A stretch of 64,000 bases of DNA, taken from NCBI GenBank assembly GCA_002269645.1, contig NIVC01001843.1, forward strand, positions 124,001 through 188,000, in the 5' to 3' direction. The notes under the pieces were generated by a model. That model saw nothing but the letters and a program-made list of their open reading frames with translations. It was not told where the DNA came from and did no database searches. Of the stretch, positions 47,201-59,100 are shown piece by piece (within the stretch, counting starts at the first letter, position 1; each line of letters opens with the position of its first letter). The stretch is from Macrostomum lignano (Eukaryota). The position numbers were made by a program, and so were the translations under genes.

Positions 47201-50200
47201 TTGAGTATCTCAACTGATCTGAGGTTGTTGAGTATCTCAACTGATCTGAGGTTGTTGAGTATCTCAACTGATCTGAAGGTTGTTGAGTATCTCAACTGAT
47301 CTGAGGTTGTTGAGTATCTCAACTGATCTGAGGTTGTTGAGTATCTCAACTGATCTGAGGTTGTTGAGTATCTCAACTGATCTGAGGTTGTTGAGTATCT
47401 CAACTGATCTGAAGGTTGTTGAGTATCTCAACTGATCTGAGGTTGTTGAGTATCTCAACTGATCTGAGGTTGTTGAGTATCTCAACTGATCTGAGGTTGT
47501 TGAGTATCTCAACTGATCTGAAGGTTGTTGAGTATCTCAACTGATCTGAGGTTGTTGAGTATCTCAACTGATCTGAGGTTGTTGAGTATCTCAACTGATC
47601 TGAAGGTTGTTGAGTATCTCAACTGATCTGAGGTTGTTGAGTATCTCAACTGATCTGAAGGTTGTTGAGTATCTCAACTGATCTGAGGTTGTTGAGTATC
47701 TCAACTGATCTGAGGTTGTTGAGTATCTCAACTGATCTGAAGGTTGTTGAGTATCTCAACTGATCTGAGGTTGTTGAGTATCTCAACTGATCTGAGGTTG
47801 TTGAGTATCTCAACTGATCTGAAGGTTGTTGAGTATCTCAACTGATCTGAGGTTGTTGAGTATCTCAACTGATCTGAGGTTGTTGAGTATCTCAACTGAT
47901 CTGAAGGTTGTTGAGTATCTCAACTGATCTGAAGGTTGTTGAGTATCTCAACTGATCTGAAGGTTGTTGAGTATCTCAACTGATCTGAGGTTGTTGAGTA
48001 TCTCAACTGATCTGAAGGTTGTTGAGTATCTCAACTGATCTGAAGGTTGTTGAGTATCTCAACTGATCTGAAGGTTGTTGAGTATCTCAACTGATCTGAA
48101 GGTTGTTGAGTATCTCAACTGATCTGAGGTTGTTGAGTATCTCAACTGATCTGAGGTTGTTGAGTATCTCAACTGATCTGAGGTTGTTGAGTATCTCAAC
48201 TGATCTGAGGTTGTTGAGTATCTCAACTGATCTGAGGTTGTTGAGTATCTCAACTGATCTGAGGTTGTTGAGTATCTCAACTGATCTGAGGTTGTTGAGT
48301 ATCTCAACTGATCTGAGGTTGTTGAGTATCTCAACTGATCTGAGGTTGTTGAGTATCTCAACTGATCTGAGGTTGTTGAGTATCTCAACTGATCTGAGGT
48401 TGTTGAGTATCTCAACTGATCTGAGGTTGTTGAGTATCTCAACTGATCTGAGGTTGTTGAGTATCTCAACTGATCTGAGGTTGTTGAGTATCTCAACTGA
48501 TCTGAGGTTGTTGAGTATCTCAACTGATCTGAGGTTGTTGAGTATCTCAACTGATCTGAGGTTGTTGAGTATCTCAACTGATCTGAGGTTGTTGAGTATC
48601 TCAACTGATCTGAAGGTTGTTGAGTATCTCAACTGATCTGAGGTTGTTGAGTATCTCAACTGATCTGAAGGTTGTTGAGTATCTCAACTGATCTGAGGTT
48701 GTTGAGTATCTCAACTGATCTGAGGTTGTTGAGTATCTCAACTGATCTGAAGGTTGTTGAGTATCTCAACTGATCTGAAGGTTGTTGAGTATCTCAACTG
48801 ATCTGAAGGTTGTTGAGTATCTCAACTGATCTGAAGGTTGTTGAGTATCTCAACTGATCTGAAGGTTGTTGAGTATCTCAACTGATCTGAGGTTGTTGAG
48901 TATCTCAACTGATCTGAGGTTGTTGAGTATCTCAACTGATCTGAGGTTGTTGAGTATCTCAACTGATCTGAAGGTTGTTGAGTATCTCAACTGATCTGAG
49001 GTTGTTGAGTATCTCAACTGATCTGAGGTTGTTGAGTATCTCAACTGATCTGAGGTTGTTGAGTATCTCAACTGATCTGAGGTTGTTGAGTATCTCAACT
49101 GATCTGAGGTTGTTGAGTATCTCAACTGATCTGAGGTTGTTGAGTATCTCAACTGATCTGAGGTTGTTGAGTATCTCAACTGATCTGAGGTTGTTGAGTA
49201 TCTCAACTGATCTGAGGTTGTTGAGTATCTCAACTGATCTGAGGTTGTTGAGTATCTCAACTGATCTGAGGTTGTTGAGTATCTCAACTGATCTGAAGGT
49301 TGTTGAGTATCTCAACTGATCTGAGGTTGTTGAGTATCTCAACTGATCTGAGGTTGTTGAGTATCTCAACTGATCTGAAGGTTGTTGAGTATCTCAACTG
49401 ATCTGAGGTTGTTGAGTATCTCAACTGATCTGAGGTTGTTGAGTATCTCAACTGATCTGAAGGTTGTTGAGTATCTCAACTGATCTGAAGGTTGTTGAGT
49501 ATCTCAACTGATCTGAAGGTTGTTGAGTATCTCAACTGATCTGAAGGTTGTTGAGTATCTCAACTGATCTGAAGGTTGTTGAGTATCTCAACTGATCTGA
49601 AGGTTGTTGAGTATCTCAACTGATCTGAAGGTTGTTGAGTATCTCAACTGATCTGAAGGTTGTTGAGTATCTCAACTGATCTGAGGTTGTTGAGTATCTC
49701 AACTGATCTGAAGGTTGTTGAGTATCTCAACTGATCTGAGGTTGTTGAGTATCTCAACTGATCTGAGGTTGTTGAGTATCTCAACTGATCTGAGGTTGTT
49801 GAGTATCTCAACTGATCTGAGGTTGTTGAGTATCTCAACTGATCTGAGGTTGTTGAGTATCTCAACTGATCTGAGGTTGTTGAGTATCTCAACTGATCTG
49901 AGGTTGTTGAGTATCTCAACTGATCTGAAGGTTGTTGAGTATCTCAACTGATCTGAAGGTTGTTGAGTATCTCAACTGATCTGAAGGTTGTTGAGTATCT
50001 CAACTGATCTGAAGGTTGTTGAGTATCTCAACTGATCTGAGGTTGTTGAGTATCTCAACTGATCTGAAGGTTGTTGAGTATCTCAACTGATCTGAGGTTG
50101 TTGAGTATCTCAACTGATCTGAGGTTGTTGAGTATCTCAACTGATCTGAGGTTGTTGAGTATCTCAACTGATCTGAGGTTGTTGAGTATCTCAACTGATC

Positions 50201-52717
50201 TGAGGTTGTTGAGTATCTCAACTGATCTGAGGTTGTTGAGTATCTCAACTGATCTGAGGTTGTTGAGTATCTCAACTGATCTGAGGTTGTTGAGTATCTC
50301 AACTGATCTGAGGTTGTTGAGTATCTCAACTGATCTGAGGTTGTTGAGTATCTCAACTGATCTGAGGTTGTTGAGTATCTCAACTGATCTGAGGTTGTTG
50401 AGTATCTCAACTGATCTGAGGTTGTTGAGTATCTCAACTGATCTGAGGTTGTTGAGTATCTCAACTGATCTGAGGTTGTTGAGTATCTCAACTGATCTGA
50501 GGTTGTTGAGTATCTCAACTGATCTGAGGTTGTTGAGTATCTCAACTGATCTGAGGTTGTTGAGTATCTCAACTGATCTGAGGTTGTTGAGTATCTCAAC
50601 TGATCTGAGGTTGTTGAGTATCTCAACTGATCTGAGGTTGTTGAGTATCTCAACTGATCTGAAGGTTGTTGAGTATCTCAACTGATCTGAAGGTTGTTGA
50701 GTATCTCAACTGATCTGAAGGTTGTTGAGTATCTCAACTGATCTGAAGGTTGTTGAGTATCTCAACTGATCTGAAGGTTGTTGAGTATCTCAACTGATCT
50801 GAAGGTTGTTGAGTATCTCAACTGATCTGAGGTTGTTGAGTATCTCAACTGATCTGAAGGTTGTTGAGTATCTCAACTGATCTGAGGTTGTTGAGTATCT
50901 CAACTGATCTGAAGGTTGTTGAGTATCTCAACTGATCTGAGGTTGTTGAGTATCTCAACTGATCTGAAGGTTGTTGAGTATCTCAACTGATCTGAGGTTG
51001 TTGAGTATCTCAACTGATCTGAAGGTTGTTGAGTATCTCAACTGATCTGAGGTTGTTGAGTATCTCAACTGATCTGAGGTTGTTGAGTATCTCAACTGAT
51101 CTGAAGGTTGTTGAGTATCTCAACTGATCTGAGGTTGTTGAGTATCTCAACTGATCTGAGGTTGTTGAGTATCTCAACTGATCTGAGGTTGTTGAGTATC
51201 TCAACTGATCTGAGGTTGTTGAGTATCTCAACTGATCTGAAGGTTGTTGAGTATCTCAACTGATCTGAGGTTGTTGAGTATCTCAACTGATCTGAGGTTG
51301 TTGAGTATCTCAACTGATCTGAAGGTTGTTGAGTATCTCAACTGATCTGAGGTTGTTGAGTATCTCAACTGATCTGAGGTTGTTGAGTATCTCAACTGAT
51401 CTGAAGGTTGTTGAGTATCTCAACTGATCTGAAGGTTGTTGAGTATCTCAACTGATCTGAAGGTTGTTGAGTATCTCAACTGATCTGAGGTTGTTGAGTA
51501 TCTCAACTGATCTGAAGGTTGTTGAGTATCTCAACTGATCTGAAGGTTGTTGAGTATCTCAACTGATCTGAAGGTTGTTGAGTATCTCAACTGATCTGAA
51601 GGTTGTTGAGTATCTCAACTGATCTGAGGTTGTTGAGTATCTCAACTGATCTGAAGGTTGTTGAGTATCTCAACTGATCTGAGGTTGTTGAGTATCTCAA
51701 CTGATCTGAGGTTGTTGAGTATCTCAACTGATCTGAGGTTGTTGAGTATCTCAACTGATCTGAGGTTGTTGAGTATCTCAACTGATCTGAGGTTGTTGAG
51801 TATCTCAACTGATCTGAGGTTGTTGAGTATCTCAACTGATCTGAGGTTGTTGAGTATCTCAACTGATCTGAGGTTGTTGAGTATCTCAACTGATCTGAGG
51901 TTGTTGAGTATCTCAACTGATCTGAGGTTGTTGAGTATCTCAACTGATCTGAGGTTGTTGAGTATCTCAACTGATCTGAGGTTGTTGAGTATCTCAACTG
52001 ATCTGAGGTTGTTGAGTATCTCAACTGATCTGAAGGTTGTTGAGTATCTCAACTGATCTGAGGTTGTTGAGTATCTCAACTGATCTGAGGTTGTTGAGTA
52101 TCTCAACTGATCTGAAGGTTGTTGAGTATCTCAACTGATCTGAGGTTGTTGAGTATCTCAACTGATCTGAAGGTTGTTGAGTATCTCAACTGATCTGAGG
52201 TTGTTGAGTATCTCAACTGATCTGAAGGTTGTTGAGTATCTCAACTGATCTGAAGGTTGCTGAGTATCTCAACTGGTCTGAAGGTTTTTGAGTATCTCAA
52301 CTGATCTGAGGTTGTTGAGTATCTCAACTGATCTGAAGGTTGTTGAGTATCTCAACTGATCTGAAGGTTGTTGAGTATCTCAACTGATCTGAAGGTTGTT
52401 GAGTATCTCAACTGATCTGAAGGTTGCTGAGTATCTCAACTGATCTGAAGGTTGCTGAGTATCTCAACTGATCTGAAGGTTGTTGAGTATCTCAACTGAT
52501 CTGAAGGTTGTTGAGTATCTCAACTGATCTGAGGTTGTTAAGTATCTCAACTAATCTGAAGGTTGCTGAGTATCTCAACTGGTCTGAAGGTTGTTGAGTA
52601 TCTCAACTGATCTGAAGGTTGTTGAGTATCTCAACTAATCTGAAGGTTGCTGAGTATCTCAACTGATCTGAGGTTGTTGAGTATCTCAACTGATCTGAAG
52701 GTTGGGTATCTGAACTA
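23211..52717. repeat. ~29.5-kb satellite of 27-bp (GTTGTTGAGTATCTCAACTGATCTGAG) and 28-bp (...CTGAAG) units, roughly 1,070 copies
   Basis: Continuous head-to-tail array with no spacers or interruptions. Degenerate copies lie at both edges. Explains all RYSTTSDQL, LRSVEILNN and LLSISTDLR ORFs. Confidence 0.99.
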
Positions 52718-53324
52718 ATTTAGGCATGCCTAGGAGAAAGAGGATTTCACTAATTTATAAATGGTTGCCTCGTCAGTGCAAAATTTTGACGCACAATCTA
52801 CAGTCACTACTTTGGTAAGCTAGCTTTATGATTGGAAATTATCTGGTTAATTTCACACAGAATTAGTGCTATCATACAGCTAGGAAACCAAAGAGTGTGA
52901 CTGAGACGCTGGAAACTCACCCTTGTGGTGACCGCGTTGATCGCTAAAGTCAAGGCGACTTAATTGAATCGCTAGTAATTGCATGGATTTTATTTATAGA
53001 GCCCTCGGCTTCCGACAAACTGCATAATGGTGCCTCACGCCGCCCGCCTTCCTGTCCTCGATCGTGGACCTCAATGCTGCAAAGCAGAATCAGAAGGGGC
53101 CCACTGAGGCAAACATCCCCACTCAGATTCAATTAGTAAAGCGAATGGTTTCTGGGCAAAGTGTAACAATTTTTGTAATGGCTGCCCCTGGCTTGGCTGA
53201 CCGTGCCTTCCTGTTTTATGCATTGTAATATTGACTCATCCAAGCAATTATTGGCTTATTGATGTTGATCTTCAATTCATGAGCAACCATCAGTCTTTTA
53301 AACTGTGCGAGTGCCTGTCCGTAA

Positions 53325-54209
53325 ATGTGTCTGGCTGTCCGTCTGTGTGTCTCAGTCTCTTAGTGTCTGTCTGTCCGTCTGTGTGTCTCAGTCTCTTAGT
53401 GTCTGTCTGTCCGCCTATGTGTCTTAGTCTCTTAGTGTCTGTCTGTCCGTCTATGTGTCTTAGTGTCTGTCCGTCTACTTGTCTTAGTGTCTGTCTGTCC
53501 GTCTGTGTGTCTTAGTGTCTGTCCGTCTATGTGTCTTAGTCTCTTAGTGTCTGTATATGTGTCTTAGTCTCTTAGTGTCTGTCTGTCCGTCTATGTGTCC
53601 TAGTCTCTTAATGTCTGTCTGTCCGTCTATGTCTCTTAGTGTCTGTGTCTGTATATGTGTCTCAGTCTCTTAGTGTCTGTCTGTCCGTCTAGGTCTCTTA
53701 GTGTTTGTGTCTGTATATGTGTCTCAGTCTCTTAGTGTCTGTCTGTCCGCCTATGTGTCTTAGTCTCTTAGTGTCTGTCTGTCCGTCTATGTGTCTTAGT
53801 GTCTGTCCGTCTACTTGTCTTAGTGTCTGTCTGTCCGTCTGTGTGTCTTAGTGTCTGTCCGTCTATGTGTCTTAGTCTCTTAGTGTCTGTATATGTGTCT
53901 TAGTCTCTTAGTGTCTGTATATGTGTCTTAGTCTCTTAGTGTCTGTCTGTCCGTCTATGTGTCTTAATGTCTGTCTGTCTACGTGTCTTAGTGTCTGTCT
54001 GTCCGTCTGTGTGTCTTAGTGTCTGTCCGTCTATGTGTCTTAGTGTCTGTCTGTCCGTCTAAGTGTCTTACTCGAAGTGTCTGTCCGTCTATGTGTCTTA
54101 GTGTCTGTCTGTCCGTCTATGTGTCTTAGTGTCTGTCTGTCCGTCTATGTGTCTTAGTGTCTGTCTGTCCGTCTATGTGTCTTAGTGTCTGTCTGTTCAT
54201 GTCTCTTAG

Positions 54210-54294
<85 letters not shown>

Positions 54295-54330
54295 GCTTGT
54301 CTGTCTGTCTGTCTTTCTGTTTGTCTGTCT
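53325..54330. repeat. Degenerate GTCT/GTCC-derived array ending in pure (GTCT)n
   Basis: Units such as GTGTCTTAGTGTCTGTCTGTCCGTCTAT; pure GTCT run at about 54210-54295. Confidence 0.9.
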
Positions 54331-54656
54331 ATTTAATAAGATGCTGTATCGTACTCTAGTCAATAGCGGCGTGAAAAAAATTAAGCAGAATGAGACTCGG
54401 CTACTCTCGAGGGCTTATAAGAGGCTAAAATATTGCTCAAAAGGTAGATAAATTAACCATGGCACGTGTCTCGTGGACACACAGTAGCCAGGAGACTGAG
54501 GGAACATGCACAAAAGGTAAAGCTGGACAGAGAGGAGAAGAAGAGGCAGTTCCAGCGACAATTAAATTTGCTCAGAGTTCCAGGCTGCTTTCTATTCAAA
54601 ATGAAAGGTCAAAGTATTTTAAGTAGATGGATATATGTACTGCTAGATAATACTAG

Positions 54657-55352
<696 letters not shown>

Positions 55353-55479
55353 CTACATGTATATGGAATGCATACGCAAGCCCAGCGCACGTTGGCACAC
55401 AAGAACGCAAGAGCATTCACTAGCGAAGGCGGAAAAATACATATTGAGCAAGCGCAAAAGACTGATAGAAAAATAGTGC

Positions 55480-55629
55480 CTCAGTCCGTTCTCGCGGTAA
55501 GAGCGAGTTTAAGGGCAGGGGTTGGGGCGGCGCAGGCGGTCGCACTGGGGCCGTCGAGCTCCGAGTACAGCTCTGCCCCGGGTGTCAGTGGCTGCTCCAT
55601 CCGACACGTGCGACAGGCACGGAGTGAGT
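55480..55629 (+). promoter_or_regulatory. GC-rich candidate promoter and 5' non-coding exon of the synaptotagmin gene
   Basis: CpG-rich patch with a GC box (GGGGCGG, 55524-55530) and a GTGAGT donor at 55624. An AG at 56012-56013 lies 5 nt before the ATG. Confidence 0.35.
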
Positions 55630-56018
55630 GGCCTTAGAAAAGATGGACGGGGCTCATTTATGCTCACCTCTCAGCTTAGCGTCTGTCCGCTCTGCAATGC
55701 CCCCCGAGCTAATTGTCTTCAATTTATGCTCAACCACCCCTTACTTTGATCCAGCTAAACGCTAAGACACGACCCTCAACAACGGCTGCAAAAATAGCCC
55801 AGAAGACGCTAAACATTGAAACAGAAAAATAAAAATTTTCTCCCGTCAACAGCTTGAACTTGTTTTGCGCGTACATTATTATATTATTGCAAAGTTGGCT
55901 GCATTTCCGGACTTGGTTAGTGCGGACCACTATGTTCCATCTGGAAGCCACCGAGCAGGTGATTTAGTTCGTCAATTGCTAATTGAAGGCAGTATTATTC
56001 GATAATTGGACAGCGGCC

Positions 56019-56163
56019 ATGCTAACCGAGGACACCAAAGTGATTGTTATCTGCATGGTCATATCCGGCTTTGTGATTGTGCTCGGCTTTCTAGTGTGCT
56101 TACTGTGTCCCTGCTGTCCTCTGCAGCGACTGCTGGACCGCTGCATTCGAAGGAATGCCGTCA
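56019..56163 (+). CDS. Synaptotagmin exon: short lumenal N-terminus, TM helix, Cys cluster
   Basis: GCCATG start; MLTEDTKVIVICMVISGFVIVLGFLVCLLCPCCP; GTGAGT donor at 56164. Confidence 0.85.
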
Positions 56164-59100
56164 GTGAGTTTGATTTTTTCTAAATGTACTTTAGCAAGCA
56201 GGAAGTCTGGAACAATCAAACCCCCAAAGTCCTGAGCGTTAAGCTTTCTTTCCCAAAGGGTTTTCAGCTATTGGCTCTCTTCGGGTTGTTGAGTCCTCGG
56301 GTCATTGGGTGTTTCGGTCGTTGGTTCCTCGAGTCATTTAGTGTTTGGGTCGTTGGGTCCTCGAGTCATTGGGTGTTTGGGTCGTTGGGTCCTCGAGTCA
56401 TTTAGTGTTTGGGTCGTTGGGTCCTCAAGTCATTTGGTGTTTGGGTCGTTGGGTCCTCGAGTCATTTAGTGTTTGGGTCGTTGGGTCCTCGAGTCATTTA
56501 GTATTTGGGTCGTTGGGTCCTCAAGTCATTTGGTGTTTGGGTCGTTGGGTCCTCGAGTCATTTAGTGTTTGGGTCGTTGGGTCCTCGAGTCATTTAGTGT
56601 TTGGGTCATTGGGTTCTCGAGTCATTTGGTGTTTGGGTTGTTGGGTCCTCGAGTCATTGGGTGTTTGGGTTGTTGAGTTCTCGAGTCATTTAGTGTTTGG
56701 GTTGTTGAGTTCTCGAGTCATTTAGTGTTTGGGTCGTTGGGTCCTCAAGTCATTTGGTGTTTGGGTCGTTGGGTCCTCGAGTCATTTAGTGTTTGGGTCG
56801 TTGGGTCCTCGAGTCATTTAGTATTTGGGTCGTTGGGTCCTCAAGTCATTTGGTGTTTGGGTCGTTGGGTCCTCGAGTCATTTAGTGTTTGGGTCGTTGG
56901 GTCCTCGAGTCATTTAGTGTTTGGGTCGTTGGGTCCTCGAGTCATTTAGTATTTAGGTCGTTGGGTCCTCGAGTCATTTAGTGTTTGGGTCGTTGGGTCC
57001 TCGAGTCATTTAGTATTTGGGTCGTTGGGTCCTCGAGTCATTTAGTGTTTAAGTCGTTGGGTCCTCGAGTCATTTAGTGTTTAAGTCGTTGGGTCCTCGA
57101 GTCATTTAGTATTTGGGTCGTTGGGTCCTCGAGTCATTTAGTGTTTGGGTCGTTGGGTCCTCGAGTCATTTAGTGTTTAAGTCGTTGGGTCCTCGAGTCA
57201 TTTAGTGTTTGGGTCGTTGGGTCCTCGAGTCATTTAGTGTTTAAGTCGTTGGGTCCTCGAGTCATTTAGTGTTTGGGTCGTTGGGTCCTCGAGTCATTTA
57301 GTGTTTGGGTCGTTGGGTCCTCGAGTCATTGGGTGTTCGGGTTGTTGTGTCCTCGAGTCATTGTGTGTTTGGGTCGTTGGGTCCTCGAGTCATTGGGTGT
57401 TCGGGTTGTTGTGTCCTCGAGTCATTTAGTGTTTGGGTTGTTGGGTTCTGGAGTCATTTGGTGTTTGGGTTGTTGGGTCCTCGAGTCATTGGGTGTTTGG
57501 GTTGTTGGGTCCTCGAGTCATTGTGTGTTTTGGTTGTTGAGTTCTCGAGTCATTTGGTTTTGGGGTTGTTGGGTCCTCGAGTCAATCGGTGTTTGGGTCG
57601 TTGGGTCTTTGAGTTTTCTTAGGTTATCAGGTCCTTTAGTTCTTGAGTCATTGAAGCCTTATTGAGTCATTGAGTTCTTGTGCTCATGGGGTCCTCGGAT
57701 CTTCGAATATTTACATGTAGCTACTCTAGATCTCAAGAATTTTGGTCTTGAGGTTCTTAAGTCATTGGATCTTTAGGATTTAGAATCCATAAGTCAATAA
57801 TGTCTTCAAACGAGAGTCTCTGATTCTTAATTTTTTTCGGTCTCGGGGTTCTCGGGCTTGAGATACCTTTGACCCATTGACAAACGTTTTCTTAACCAGG
57901 AAAAGGCAAGGAGACGACAAACTGCTTGAAGGACTGCTGCTCAGATGAGACCTCATCAATCATTGAAGCAAACTTCAATGAAAAATACCCCTACGGAGGC
58001 ATTCAGGTTAGTCAACTTTTTGGTCGCTGATTTACTTTGTATATTTTTGTTGCGTTTTCGGATGTTTAAACTTAGTACTGCACTCAAGGACAACAAATGC
58101 ATTGTATCTATCCTACCTTAATTCTTACTTAAGTCGTCCTGTTTCTGTACTGTCTAGAAAAATATGGAACAACATACACATTTTGGAATACGAGTATTGG
58201 AAAACGAGGAGAATGAAGTTATATAGCCAGTTGTTGTTCGGGAATATTTCCCTGCCCTGCATGTTCAAATACGAGTCAGTCAGATTTCTTAGAGAAAGTC
58301 AATGTAAAACCCTGTTGGAACACTACATATTCATCAAGTTTCATACTGCTAACTAACTGATTTATCGTTCACAGGCCTCTGGCGAGGTGCAATCAGTCTC
58401 AGGCATCTCCTATCCCAAAGCCTGGGAGCAGAAGCGCTTTGAAGCCGAGCCTAAGCCGTACATTACGCTGAACTTTTCCGTCACCCGCCAGAGCGACTGT
58501 CTGGTGGTGTACCTGTACAAAGCGGACGGCACACCCGGCCCCAAGCTGGGCCTGTGCCACAACAACTTTGCCCAGGTGCAACTGAGCGACGCGCGCAGTC
58601 AGACAGTCATAGCCGATGTCAGAACTCGCTTCATCAGCCACACAATGTCGCCAGTGTTCAATGAGACGCTGATCTTATCCATGCCATCCAATCTGCCAGC
58701 TGATCGGCTGAGCCTGTGCATTCAATGCATGGACTACGATAGGTTCAGTAGAGAGCGAGTCATTGGCGAAGTTCGAGTGCCTCTGCCGGTTGACTCGGAA
58801 CAGACTGTTCAGTATAACAGCGTCCTGAGCGAGCCTCCTTTGGTGAGAACCCTGTCACACCTGTATCCCTGTCACACCTGTATCCCTGCCACACCTGTAT
58901 CCCTGCCACACCTGTATCCCTGCCACACCTGTATCCCTGCCACACCTGTATCCCTGCCACACCTGTATCCCTGCCACACCTGTATCCCTGTCACACCTGT
59001 ATCCCTGCCACACCTGCATCCCTGCCACATCTGTATCCCTGCCACACCTGTATCCCTGCCACACCTGTATCCCTGTCACATCTGTACCCCTGCCACACCT

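Noticed and set aside
23277-52106. Dozens of ORFs (RYSTTSDQL, LRSVEILNN, LLSISTDLR repeats)
   Set aside because: These are runs of the 27-bp unit (a multiple of 3), broken wherever a 28-bp unit occurs, and are open on both strands. No coding signal.
23211-52717. CRISPR array (27-28 bp palindromic repeat with GTTG...CAAC character)
   Set aside because: Units are head-to-tail with no unique spacers, there are no cas genes, and the context is eukaryotic with introns.
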